Origin: Leucoraja ocellata
Taxonomy: Eukaryota
NCBI GenBank assembly: GCA_036785375.1
Contig: JAWMAR010000025.1
Location: 2,542,001 to 2,606,000 of the forward strand
Direction of reading: 5' to 3'
Length of the DNA stretch: 64,000 bases
The notes under the pieces are model-generated. The model did not search any database and was not told the origin of the DNA. It saw only the letters and a list, made by a program, of their open reading frames with translations. Every line of letters begins with the position of its first letter. Within the stretch, counting starts at the first letter, position 1. Of the stretch, positions 41,108 to 53,300 are shown piece after piece. Made by a program: the position numbers and the translations under genes.

Positions 41108-41845
41108 CATACTTTATTAGCCAAATATGTTTTGCAACATACGAGGAATTTAATTTGCCATATAGTCATACTAATGAAAAGCTTCAGAACACGCAAAATA
41201 CATTTTAACATCAACATCCACCACAGTGACTCCCCCACATTCCTCACTGTGATGGAAGGCGAAAAAGAAGTTCAATCTCTTCCCTTATTTGTCCTCCAGT
41301 GGTCGGGGCCTCTAAACCTTCCGTTGACGGGGTGATCTTATTCCCGTGGCCGGCGGCAGGCCTCCTCGTCGGGGCGTTCAAGCTCCTGCATCAGAGGGGA
41401 ATCTCAGCTCCACCCCGCGCCGGGTGATCTACCTCGGGTTGGGGCTAGTTGACATCTTGCAGCTTCTGGAGCATCCCGACTCGGTCTCTCCAAAGACTGT
41501 GAGCCCTTGATGTTAAAGTCAACAGATGTTAAAGTTGGAGCGTGCTCCCAGGCAAGGGATCTGCCCCGATGCTAAGTCCCCGCCCGCCCCGCGGTGGGGC
41601 TAAAAGTCAGTCCCAAACGAGGCCTGCAGCTCCACGATGTTAGGCTGCAGAGCAACCAGAGATACGACCCAGGAAACAATCGCATCTCTGGCAAGGTAAG
41701 AGATTGAAAACAAGTTTCCCCCGCCCACTCCCCACATAAAACAAACCGGAGAACATTAACACAAAGTTTTAAAACACTAAAAATAACAAAAAAAAAGGAT
41801 GAAAAGGACAGATGTAGGCGAGGCTGCCATCGAAGCGCCACCTGG
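41108..41845 (-). repeat. Unclassified ~700-bp interspersed repeat, copy 1
   Basis: Collinear with 51600-52272 (tttattagccaa..., cacattcctcactgtgatggaaggc, gatgttaaagtc, ggcgaggc.gccatcg). Confidence 0.8.
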
Positions 41846-43729
41846 CGGTTGATGAGGGTATTAGCATGAAACAAAAGCTTTTCACGGTACCTTGGTACAT
41901 GTGACAATAAACTAAACAAGATGGTACTATAATCGGTGAAGAAGCTTATCAGGAATTATCAGTCTTTTGCCCAGAGAAGGGGAATCAAGAACTAGAGGAC
42001 ACGGGTTTAAGGTGAATGGAGAAAGGTTTACTAGAAACCTGAAGGGCATCTTTTTCACACATGATGAGTGTGTGGAACGAGCTGCCAGAGGAGATAGTTG
42101 AGGCAGATATAATAACATTAAAAAGACTTACTTGGACAGAAAAGGTTTGGTGTGGATAAAAGCCAGGCATGGGGCAAATGGGCATAGCATGGGTGGGGCT
42201 TCTTGGGCATGGGCAGGTTGAGCAGAAGGGCCTGTTTCCGCACTGCATGACTTTCAAAGTGATTCAGTACAATGAAGATGAGATTATTTTCCTTGGATCA
42301 GAGAGATCGTAAATTGGCAATGTCAATGTTCCAGGAGGTGAACAACAAAATTCCAGAATGTACTATCATTAAAAAGGAGACAAAGGGAGTCTTAACCTTA
42401 ACAATTGGATAAAGCCCAAGGACCTGATACATACAGCATGTGTTTATCTTCTGTTTAAACCAGCATATGCAGTTCCTTCTGCATGTGCTTCTGAGGTATA
42501 TCCAGGTCAGAGCCAAAGGAGGAGATTGCAGGGCGATAATGAATTTATACATCTTCATTTACCATATGTTAGGTGCCAGAGTTATAGAAACATAGAAAAT
42601 AGGTGCAGGAGTAGGCCATTCAGCCCTTCGAGCCTGCACTGCCATTCAATATGATCATGGCTTATTGGAAAATATTCTGAATAGAGTTAATCTATGGAAG
42701 GCAATGATTAATCAACAACCATCAGTGTGATTGTTAGGGGAAGATCTTAAACAATTTGATTTATTTTCCCCAAAGGTAACATCATGCTTTGAATAAGGCA
42801 ATGGAGTTGATAATTTCCCTTAATGAAGGTACTGTAAATGAGGACATTTAGTCTCAAGTGATTGCATAGTTGTACCAAGTGACACTAAGAGATAAGTCAC
42901 ACTTTCATTCAATGATAATAAAGATATGAAGGGCCAATTGTCCTGCAGCTTGATTGGCTCTAGGATCTTTATATTGCCCATTTCTGTACTTTCAAACACT
43001 GTTTCAACTTGGGTGACTCCAATCAATAGCCATGATTGTTACCCTGTAAGTACAATATGAACTGGGCCCATCTGTTTCCACTGAAATCCTAACAATATAT
43101 CTTCATAACATGGAGCATCTCTCCTACATAAACTTAATACATTTTTATTCTTCCTAAATGGAAAGTACTTCAGAAATTCATGATAGTTTTTTGCCCTCTA
43201 ATCAAAGTTCTTGCAGCAGTGTCTCTGTACGCATTGATTGAGATGGCTTCAGTTGATAAAACTAATAAAGCACTGTCGATAGCTCCCTCTGCAGGAATAC
43301 ACTGAATTTAATTAAATAAACCCAATTCTAACGAAGAGTTCCAACCCAACAAAGTCACCAATTTATGTTCTACAGAGATGCCGCTTGACCCGTTTAGTTA
43401 CTCCAGCACATTGTGTCTTTTTTTGTACACGGGCAGCTGCAGTTCATTGTGTCTCCCACCTCTCCACTCTGGTTCCAGCACATAGATAAATAACACCTCA
43501 CCAGAATTTTTCTGCAAGTTATATTATATTTATTTTATATTTATTATATTTAATTCTTTATTTCGAACAGAATAAAAGAATAAAAAGCAAGTGTGAGACA
43601 GCATACAAAAAACAAACTATAAAGTGTCATAAACAATATCTATAAATAAATGAAATCGTATGTGTCCGAAAAGGAGTAGTTATGTTTTCTTAACAATCCA
43701 AATAATTTAAAGGGTGATAGAAGAGTTAA

Positions 43730-44040
43730 GGGCCTGTCCTACTATACGAGTTTACCCAAGAGCTCTCCCGAATTAAAACAAAAAAATCAAACTCGTAAGC
43801 ACGTAGAAAGTACGTAGCGGGTACGTTGGAGCTCGGGACGTCCCTTAGTGGCTCATAACACTAACGACAGGTACTCGGGAAACGCGGTAAACTCTTGAAG
43901 TTTTTTCAACATGTTGAAAAATGTCCACGAGAGCCCAGAGTACCTACGAGCAACTATTACTGTAATTCTCCGAGTTTGAATCGGGGGGGGGGAGAAACTC
44001 AGGAGAACTCTTGAATTACCTCGTACAGTGGAACAGGCCC
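43730..44040. mobile_element. MITE / non-autonomous DNA transposon, TTAA-flanked
   Basis: ttaa|gggcctgtcctactatacgag ... ctcgtacagtggaacaggccc|ttaa; imperfect ~21-bp TIRs; 311 bp. Confidence 0.8.
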
Positions 44041-44104
44041 TTAAGGAACCATCAAATAAGTGCAAGTTTTCTCCTGGTCTAACTAACCAAAATTATACAT
44101 CTTG

Positions 44105-44745
44105 GTGATTGTCTCACCAACTACTTGCTAATCCCATCTGATTCTTTCCTTCCTAATCCCATACTGCCCTTTCTGTCCTGGACCTCTTCATTGCCAGCAT
44201 GAGGCCACATGCAAACTGGACCAACAACACATATTACCACTTGGGTAATTTATAAAGCAACGGTGTGAACATTGAATTCTCCAATTTTAAGTAATACCCC
44301 TCAAACTCTTCTTTGCTGCGCTCCCCTCTTCCTGGAATGCCCCCATTTCTCCCACTATCTCTCACCCCCACTCGCCCTGCTCCCTTCCCATCCTACATAC
44401 ACTATCCTCCCATATCCAAGTCCCTCATTTTAACCCCCCCCCCCCCCCCCCCCCCCACCCCACTGTTCCATTCCACCTATGTCCCCTCTCTTTACATTTC
44501 ACTCCTACTCTTTCCTTATCTGACATCTTTTTGGCTCCTCTTCACCTCTAGCCTTTCACTTGCTCCATAAATCTGCCATTCACACCCCCCTCACTTGTAT
44601 TCACCTATTCCCTGCCAGACTTTGTCCTTCCCCCACCTCCCCCCTACAACAATCGGTCTGAAGAATGGTCCCAACACAAAATGTCACCTATCCTTTCCTT
44701 CCAGCACTTTTTTTTGATCGGGATTCAGCATCTGTGATTTCTTAC
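44105..44745 (+). mobile_element. Older degenerate Penelope-like 3' fragment
   Basis: gaggccacatgcaaactgga...aacattgaattctccaatttt, then a pyrimidine tract and a decayed ctgaagaa..gtc core at about 44658. A similar short remnant lies at about 38125-38295. Confidence 0.6.
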
Positions 44746-45664
44746 AAGTCACATCAATTGCACTAACAGAATGACTGAAAGGTTATGGCTCCAAACTGGT
44801 ATTGATAACACTGGTGATTGATAAAAGATGGACACAAAGTGCTGGAGTAACTCGGCGAATTAGGCAGCATCTCTGGAGTAAAAGGGATGGGTGATGTTTT
44901 GGTTCGGGACATGTTGATTAATTAAAGCCATGCTATGCGTTTATATTTTAGAGCGTTGTTAAATATTAAATTAATTGAAATCTAGGTAGTTTAGTATATT
45001 TAAAGTTTTGGCACATGGGAGAAAACCAAGCCAATAATAGGGTGCATTAACTACAAAGCTCTTGTCCCTTATTGGTGCTGTGGCCCCTGGACCATATGTC
45101 ATGCACTAGCAGTTTAAAGATTGGGAAATGATCAACTGTTTTTCTGTATGGGTTGCAATGTACAGTTGCAAGTCTCTAATGCGTTCTCCAGGGTATAATT
45201 TGGTTACTTTCTGAAAAAGTATGCACAACTCTCTTCGTTGATCAATGAGATAAAATGTCTTTATTTTCATTTGCTCTGGTTTATCTGCCAGAGTCAGCTT
45301 GGTTTAAACTTGAGCTGTGGGAAGCACTGGCAGGTCAATAGGCTTCTCTTTCCTTTGTTACCATGATATGAAATTGTGATTAGTCCTTTACCTCAATAAC
45401 ACTTTCCTGCAGCAACCCTATGTTCCTTGATAACCACAGATTAAACTCTTAGTTCCCTACTCTATTCTTTAGATAGTTCTCTTTGGAAATGTAGTGGTTT
45501 TCTTTCTTCCACCATATTCCCTCATGTCTCTCTGCCCATCTGTTACTTCAAATGGGAGGGATCACAGATGATATGCAGTATTTGGATTCTCATGTGGGGT
45601 CTAGATTTCATCAACCAACTCTGGCATGTTTCTCTAACTTATTTGATCTAAGATGGGGAAATAG

Positions 45665-46265
45665 CAGTCTTTCCAGGTGAGACAGAATTGAGACATGCAC
45701 CTCCTCGCACCTCATCTACTGAATTTGGTGTTCCCAATATGTCCTCCTTTACATCGGCAAGACAAGGATAGACTTGGCGACCGCTTCGTTGAATGCTTGC
45801 ACTTGATCTGTCGAGGCCTATTGGAGCTCCAGGTTGCTAATCATTTTAACTCCACTTCCCATTCCCTTTCTGTCTTCCTCCATTGCCAGAGAGAGGCCAT
45901 GTACAAACTGGAGAAACAGCACCTCGTATGAACATGGGTTAATTCAATGTTAGGTACCTAACATACAAACAACCCCTTTCCCTTCCCCCTTCCCCCTCTG
46001 TTCCCAGTGCCCCACCTGGACTTGCACCCAATTCTCCCCTTTCACCTACTTGCTCTGGCCTAAGGATTTGTGCATCTTCTATATTTATCTCACATTTCAT
46101 TTCTGGCTTTTCTTCAAACATCTACTTATCCAAACCCTTCCTCACCTGTATCCACTTGTCAGGCTATGTCCTGCCCCACCTTCCAGCTTCCTTTCTCTCT
46201 CCTCCCCCAACCCCCTGCAAATAACTCTTAAGTATCCTGACACAGTTCTCCAGGATGCTGCCTGA
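45665..46265 (+). mobile_element. Older degenerate Penelope-like 3' fragment
   Basis: RLGDRFVECL...VANHFNS...KLEKQHLV, homologous to the GIY-YIG C-half; its terminal repeat resumes at 47392-47460. Confidence 0.65.
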
Positions 46266-47391
46266 TGCTATCTGGACTACACTTCTTCCCACCCTGCTTC
46301 CTGTAAGGATTCCATCCCCTCCTCCCAATTCCTCTGTCTACGTCGCATCTGCACCAAGGATGAGGTGTGCCACACCAGGGCATCGGAGATGTCCTCATTC
46401 TTCAGGGAACGGGGGTTCCCTTCTTTACCATAGATGAGGCTCTTACCAGGGTCTCTTCTATACCCCGTTACTCTGCTCTCACTCCCCATCCCCCCCCCCC
46501 CCCCCCACTCGTAACAAGGGCAGAGACCCCCTTGTCCTCACCTTCCACCCTGCCAGCCATCACATACAACAAATAATCCTCTGACATTTTCGTCACCTCC
46601 AACGTGACCCCACCATTTGCCACATCTTCCCATATCCTCCCCTGTCTGCTTCCCGCAGTGACCGCTCCCTCCGTAGCTCCCTGGTCAATTTGTCCCTTCC
46701 CACCAGAACCACACCCTCTCCGGGCACTTTTCCTTGCGACTGCAAGAAATGCTACACTTGTCGCTTTACCTCCCCCTTGACTCCATTCAAGGACCCAAGC
46801 AGTCTTTCCAGGTGTGGCAGAGGTTCACCTACACCTCCTCTAACCTCATCTATTGCATCCGCTGCTCTAGATGTCAGCTGCTCTACATCGGTGAGATCCA
46901 AGCGTAGGCTTGCCCAAAGATCCTATAGCAGAGCATATAGGATCTTTGGGCTTGCCGATCGCTTCGTTCAGTTCGCAATAACCAACCTGATCTCCCGGTG
47001 GCTCAGCACTTCAACTCCCCCTCCTATTCCAAATCCGACTTGTCTGCCCTGGGCCTCTTCCATGGCCAGAGTGAGGACCACCGTAAATTGGAGGAACAGC
47101 ACCTCATATTTTGCTTGGGCAGTTTGCACCCCAGCGGTATGAACATTGACTTCTCTAATTTCAGGTAGTTCTTACTTTCTCCTCCCCTTCTCAACTCTCC
47201 CTCAGCCCTCTGGCTCCACCTCTTCCTTTCTTCTTCCCGCCCCCCCACCCTCACATCAGTCTGAAGAAAGGTTTCGACCCGAAACGTTGCCTATTTCCTT
47301 CGCTCCATAGATGCTGCCTCACCCGCTGAGTTTCTCCAGCATTTTTGTCTACCTTCGATTTTCCAGCATCTGCAGTTCCTTCTCAAACATT
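46266..47391 (+). mobile_element. Penelope-like retroelement, 5'-truncated (RT C-terminus, Cys linker, GIY-YIG, terminal repeat with hammerhead core)
   Basis: Frameshifted YLDYTSSHPASCKDSIP, PCDCKKCYTC and SSNLIYCIRCSRCQLLYIGE; terminal repeat 47255-47390; ctgcctga duplicated at 46258 and 47392 (nested in an older related repeat). Confidence 0.85.
46915..46948. mobile_element. 34-bp miniature TIR element with 8-bp TSD (hAT-like)
   Basis: ggcttgcc|caaagatcctata gcagagca tataggatctttg|ggcttgcc. Confidence 0.8.
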
Positions 47392-47834
47392 CTGCCTGAC
47401 CCGCTGAGTTACTCCAGCACTTTGTCTTTGTAAATCAGCATCTGCAGTTACTTGTACCTCAGGATTTCTGAATGGTCAGGTAGCAGATTAACTAGCATGA
47501 CTTTTTTTCAGTGAAAGATAATTTCGATAGCAGTCTGCAGTTAGTCATGTGTGACCATTCCCACAAAGATGAACAGCATTAATGGAGCAGCATTTGTTCA
47601 GGCACCAACTTTACATTCAATGCACATTTTCCACCGGCTGCCAGTTCAGTGCAGCAGCCAGGTGGTCCTGCACCATTGCAGGGAAAGGGCAGGGAGGCTA
47701 TGGAGAGATGGGTGAAAAGCAGCAACTTTAATAACCTGTAATAAGATGAAAAACATGCCATATGCCTGCACGTCAGGCCCTAGGTTTGGTTAGTATCTTC
47801 GCCCAGACTTCCAGAATATGTTGCATGCAACTTT

Positions 47835-48547
47835 ATTATCTCAATGGCGGCCGATTAGGAAAAGGGGAGATGCAACGAGACCTGGGTGTCATGGTACACC
47901 AGTCATTGAAAGTAGGCATGCAGGTGCAGCAGGCAGTGAAGAAAGCGAATGGTATGTTAGCTTTCATAGCAAAAGGATTTGAGTATAGGAGCAGGGAGGT
48001 TCTACTGCAGTTGTACAGGGTCTTGGTGAGACCACACCTGGAGTATTGCGTACAGTTTTGGTCTTCAAATCTGAGGAAGGACATTATTGCCATAGAGGGA
48101 GTGCAGAGAAGGTTCACCAGACTGATTCCTGGGATGTCAGGACTTTCATATGAAGAAAGACTGGATAGACTCGGCTTATACTCTCTAGAATTTAGGAGAT
48201 TGAGGGGGGATCTTATAGAAACTTACATAATTCTTAAGGGGTTGGACAGGCTAAATGCAGGAAGATTGTTCCCGATGTTGGGGAAGTCCAGGACAAGGGG
48301 GAAATCCTTTAAGACCGAGATGAGAAAAACATTTTTCACAGAGAGTGGTGAATCTCTGGAACTCTCTGCCACAGAGGGTAGTTGAGGCCAGTTCATTGGC
48401 TATATTTAAGAGAGTTGGATGTGGCTAAAGGGATCAGGGGGTATGGAGAGAAGGCAGGTACGGGATACTGAGTTGGCCATGATCATATTGAATGGCGGTG
48501 CAGGCTCGAAGGGCCGAATGGCCTACTCCTGCACCTATTTTCTATGT
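47835..48547 (+). mobile_element. CR1-clade LINE 3' end (ORF2 C-terminus plus 3'UTR)
   Basis: RDLGVMVHQSLK...[14 protein letters not shown]...[17 protein letters not shown]; tail gggccgaatggcctactcctgcacctattttctatg. Confidence 0.92.
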
Positions 48548-48779
48548 AACTTTATTTTGCCGCTTGGAGTTCCTTGAGTCGATCAATTATTTTAGCATCA
48601 GACCTGGAGATGAGATATTCTGAGACAAAGAAACTGAGTTGCTGAACTCTTGAGAATCTAAGATCCAGCCTGATGAAGGATCCCAACTCGACACGCCCAA
48701 ACCCTACCCTCTGCATGTCCTGCCTGACCCGTTGAGTGCTTGCAACACGTTCTGCGTTGCTGGAGACTCTGAGACCCAG

Positions 48780-49100
48780 AGCCATCACTTGTCATTGCCA
48801 GTATCAAACATGGCCGCCGCTCCTCTCCTCCCATCCGGTGACGGGCGGACACTGTCAGCGGCGGCGCAACCCGGCCCGGGCCAGTGTTCCTCGTGTGGCG
48901 GTGAATGAGGAGGGAAGGCGGGAATGGTGACTGCAAGCCGGTACGGTACAGTCCGGCCTCAGTCCGGGGGAAGCGGCCAGTGCGGGGCCTCGCCCGGCTT
49001 CAGCCATCCAACGGTAACGTGGCTCCCAGCAGGAAACGGAAGTATCGCCATAACAACAGCGTCTGCACCGGGAGGGGGAGAGGGTCGGGTCCTAGTGGGG
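48780..49100 (+). promoter_or_regulatory. Small CpG island, probable PIGV promoter and non-coding exon 1
   Basis: Sharp GC/CpG rise about 1.3 kb upstream of the PIGV ATG exon; YY1-like AAACATGGCCGCC at 48806; ETS-like CGGAAGT near 49037. Confidence 0.7.
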
Positions 49101-50323
49101 CTGAGGGTGACCTTAGAGTCATAGAGTGATACAGTGTGGAAACAGGCCCTTCGGCCCAACATGTCCCAGCTACACCAGTCCCACCTGCCTGCGTTTGGCC
49201 CATAGCCCTCTAAACCTGGCCTATCCATGTACAATCTAAATGTTTCTTAAACATTGCGATAGTAGACACATACAAAATCATGAGAGGCATGGATAAGATG
49301 GCCAGTCCTTTCCCCAGAGTAAGGGACTCAAGAACCAGAGGACGAGTTTACGGTGAGAGGGGGAAGATTTAATAGGCAACTTTCTCACATGAGGTATAAG
49401 AAATGTGCTGCCTGAGGAGGTAGTTGAGGCAGGTACTATAACAACATTTAAAAGACACTTGGACAGGTACATGGATAGGAAAGGTTTGGAGGAATATGAG
49501 CCAAATGGGACGAACATAAATGGGGCATCGTGGTTGGCGTTGATGAGTTGGGCCAAAGGGTCTGTTTCTGTGCTGTGTGATTAAGTGACCCGATCTGCAG
49601 TCCCTTGTCGCCACTGTACTGTGAGATACTGTTATGGTCTTCTTACAACAAATATATGCATATTGTCTTTCACTTGGCCACATTACAAAGTACTTCTTTT
49701 ATTTTTAAGTGTTTATCTCATTTTCATAAGTTAGTGGACTCGGATCATCACGTCTACTCTGCCATTCAATTATGACTGATCTATCGTTCCCACTTAACCC
49801 CATTCTCCTGCCTTCTGCCCATAATCCCTGACTCCCGTACCAATCAAGAATCCTATCTATGCATCCGATTTGGGATTAGAAAAGACACTTTTGAAGATTC
49901 TTAATTATATAAAAGTTGACAATGTTACAAACAATTATAGAAGCAGTTGACAGACTGGTGAAAGAGACTTATCAGATACATCTCAATATTAAGTGAGGTG
50001 AACTTTAGGGGAAATATAAAGAGTCAATATAATATAAACGACATTACAGGGGATGCAACAGCAGAAAGAAGGTGAGTTGAATTAGTGTTTTAAAAATGAA
50101 TGGGATACTTAGCATGGTAAAGGTGGACGTGTGTGTGGGTGTCCGTATTGTTGAGAAGAGTGCCTAACTAATTCCTCAGTTTTAGAATCTGCATTGATGT
50201 TCTTGTCAGGTGATTTTGTTCTGAAATATACAGTTTCAGGAATTAGAAGATGACTGGAGTTATTTGCTGTCGAACTGAAAGAAGATCTGTGCCTCAATTT
50301 GATTTGGATTTTGGACCAGAAAA

Positions 50324-50395
50324 ATGGCAGCATCTGACCTCCAAATGGTTGCACACTTTGCCCTCCTGTCCCGAATTCTGGCCGTCTTTTTCCAG
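50324..50395 (+). CDS. PIGV: PIGV first coding exon
   Basis: aaaATGG (good Kozak), [24 protein letters not shown]|gtcag. Resembles the PIGV N-terminal V..FA..SRIL...Q helix and has an in-frame stop upstream. Not in the ORF track. Confidence 0.88.
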
Positions 50396-53300
50396 GTCAG
50401 TCTCATTCAATTCTCATATCATTGCAATCAGCATTAAATGTATGGAATAAGGAAATAGTTAAGAATCAGCGAACATGCTAACAAATTTGGGCTTTGAACA
50501 CAGACTATGTATGTTTCCCAAACCAGACTCCTGAGTTTTTCTCAGACTCCACTTTGTGTGCTGTTCTTTGTTGACGTTATTTACAACATATTAGTCCCAG
50601 TTCTCTCCATTTGCTCTTGACTGACAAACTCTCAGCAACATTGAGATATTTGCCCTTGAACTTGCTATCACCTGTGTCTAAGTCTACAATTTTTTTTGGA
50701 ATCCTTTCAATCGATTGCTGACCCAGGCATATTCTGTAAGCAGCCATTATCGAAACTACAAACTACAGCTCATGTGTGACCATCGTAAATAATCCAGCAT
50801 CACCCTTCACAACCCATCTGTAGCCATTGCTACTATTGACTAAATCATTCTTCTCAAGCCTCCCTTGTCTAACTGTACACATTTCCAGTGTCCTATTCCA
50901 TCACTGTTAGTCCATTCACAGGTGGAGGATTTACTCCAAAGTCTCATTACCGCAATACATGATCGCCCGTATTGGCTCTTGGTCTGGCAAAGAAGAGCTT
51001 TGGCCTTGGCCTTGTTCCCTCACTTTCCTTTCAATCCCTAAAATTTATTGCTTCAATTCTTACGAATTCCTGATATTAATTGCTCCATCAAGCCAACAGT
51101 TGTCTTGATCTTAAGGTGTGGAATATCTTCCCTAAATCTGTTGTTTTTCACTTATCCTACATGAACTTAATTAAATCAAAACTATTACTCTTCACTTCAG
51201 GCAGTTTTGTTTTAGTGTCTGTTTAATTTTATAAAGTTTCTGTGAATTACTACACAACATTTAACTATAGTAAATCAGTACATAAATGCAGTTTGCTGTG
51301 CCATTCCAGAATGAGCTGACTTTGCCATCTGTACATTACTGAAGGTGCTGATCCTCTCTGGTTTATTACAAAACTGTAGGCTGCTGAGCCTTGTTGCACA
51401 GCTCCTGCAGAAGGTGTCTTGTGAAAGGATCCAGGGGTTATTTGTTTTGAATGGTTCAATTCCACAGCCTCTGGACCATTTAAAATATAATTTGCTGCAA
51501 TTATGATAGCTTAAAGCATTAATTAATAGTTTTAAACATTTTAGAAAAGTGCCTCTTTCAGACACGTCCTGAAATCAGTTAAATCATAATCATCATAATC
51601 GTAATTTATTAGCCAAGTATTTTTTGCAATATATGAAGAATTTGGTTTGCCATACAGTCATACCAAAAATGTAACAAGACCCACAACTACATAAAATTTG
51701 ACATAATCGTCCACCACAGCGGCTCCTCCACATTCCTCACTGTGATGGAAGGCAATAAAGTCTTATCTTCTTTCCTCCTTTCTGCGGTCGGAGGAGTCGA
51801 ACCACCTGCAGCCGGCGATCGATCTCCCACGTCGGGGCGCTCTAAGCTCCCGCATAGGGGCGGTCGAACTCCTGCGGCTTGGAATTCCCAAAATCAATCG
51901 CTAACCAGCGACCGAGCTCCATGATGTTAAAGTCCACAGCTCCCGCAGGTTGGAGCACCAAAGGCCAACCCCAGGCAAAGGGATCGCCTGCTCCGAGATG
52001 TTAAAGTCCACAGGCTCCACGGTTTTCAGATAGAAGTCCCAGTAAGAGGCCGCCAACTCCACGATGTTAGGCCGCAGTGCGGACGGAGATACGACACGGA
52101 AAAAGTCGCATCTCCACCGAGGAAAGAGATTAAAAAAGTGTCCCCCACCACCCCCCACATAATACAAAACTAAAGATAAATTTAAAACATACATTTTACA
52201 ACAAACTAAAAACGCAAAGAAGGAAAAAGACGTAGACAGACCGTTGGCGAGGCAGCCATCGTGCGGCGCCCCCCTCGTACATTTTTACCACAGTAATTTT
52301 ACAGGGGGTAGATGTGCATTAAGGTATATGGTGTCCCACAGTGATACTTGCGATTGGCATAGTCCAAGGGTAGTGATGTTGTATTTATTTGCTGGGGAGA
52401 ATATTTACCGTATCTATTGGTTCTTTACCAGATGGTGTTTAATTCCCTGATTCCGGACCACAATGCCGATGCATTCCGTATGCCCCGATTACACAGCCCA
52501 AGCAATGGTGATGTGTTGCTGGACATTCTGTTCGGTGGCTTCTCTCGTTGGGATGCACAGCATTTCCTGTTTATAGCAGAATTTGGGTACATCTACGAGC
52601 AAAACTTTGCTTTCCTCCCACTGTTTCCAGTGATCCTGCGGGCACTGGCCGAGACTCTCCTTGGCCCCCTGCAACCGTGGCTAGGTCTTCACAGTCGGCT
52701 GCTGCTCGCCTCAACGCTTCTGAACACCGTCATCTTTGTCCTCTCTGCCGTCGTTCTCTACCAGCTAAGTGTCGCTGTGCTTCAGGATCGCAGGCTGGCT
52801 GCTCTTTCCAGCCTCCTCTTCTGTCTAAACCCCGCCAGCGTCTTTATGTCAGCCGCCTATTCTGAAAGCATCTTCATGCTGCTGTCCTTCAGTGGAATGC
52901 TGCACCTTGAGAAGGCACGGCCTCTGACCAGCTGCGCTCTGTTTGCCTTGTCTACAGCAGCTCGATCCAATGGGATTATAAATGCAGGATTTCTGTTTCA
53001 CTCGCAGCTAAAGCAATGCATTTTGTACTTGAGACCTGAGCTGAAGTTCACAGGAAAGGACTGGCACAAGTTGTGTTGGCATCTCATCCTCCGATCTGCA
53101 CTGCTGGTAACTGTGGGATCAGTGGTGATCATTTTGCCCTTTGCACTCTTTCAATATTACGGATACCTGACATTTTGTAGATCAGCTGTAAATCCAGCTT
53201 TAACCATCCCTCCACATCTGCTGCAGTTGGCCAGGGATAAGGGCTATCGTCTACCAGGCAAGGACAGTGCTGTGCCCAGCTGGTGTCATCACCGATACCC

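Noticed and set aside
47762-48385. 207-aa ORF as a host gene (also 59889-60290)
   Set aside because: CR1 ORF2 C-terminal fragment with the typical 3' tail
51340-51415. CRLLSLVAQ peptide as the PIGV first coding exon
   Set aside because: No in-frame ATG and no donor at the expected position; 50324-50395 fits better
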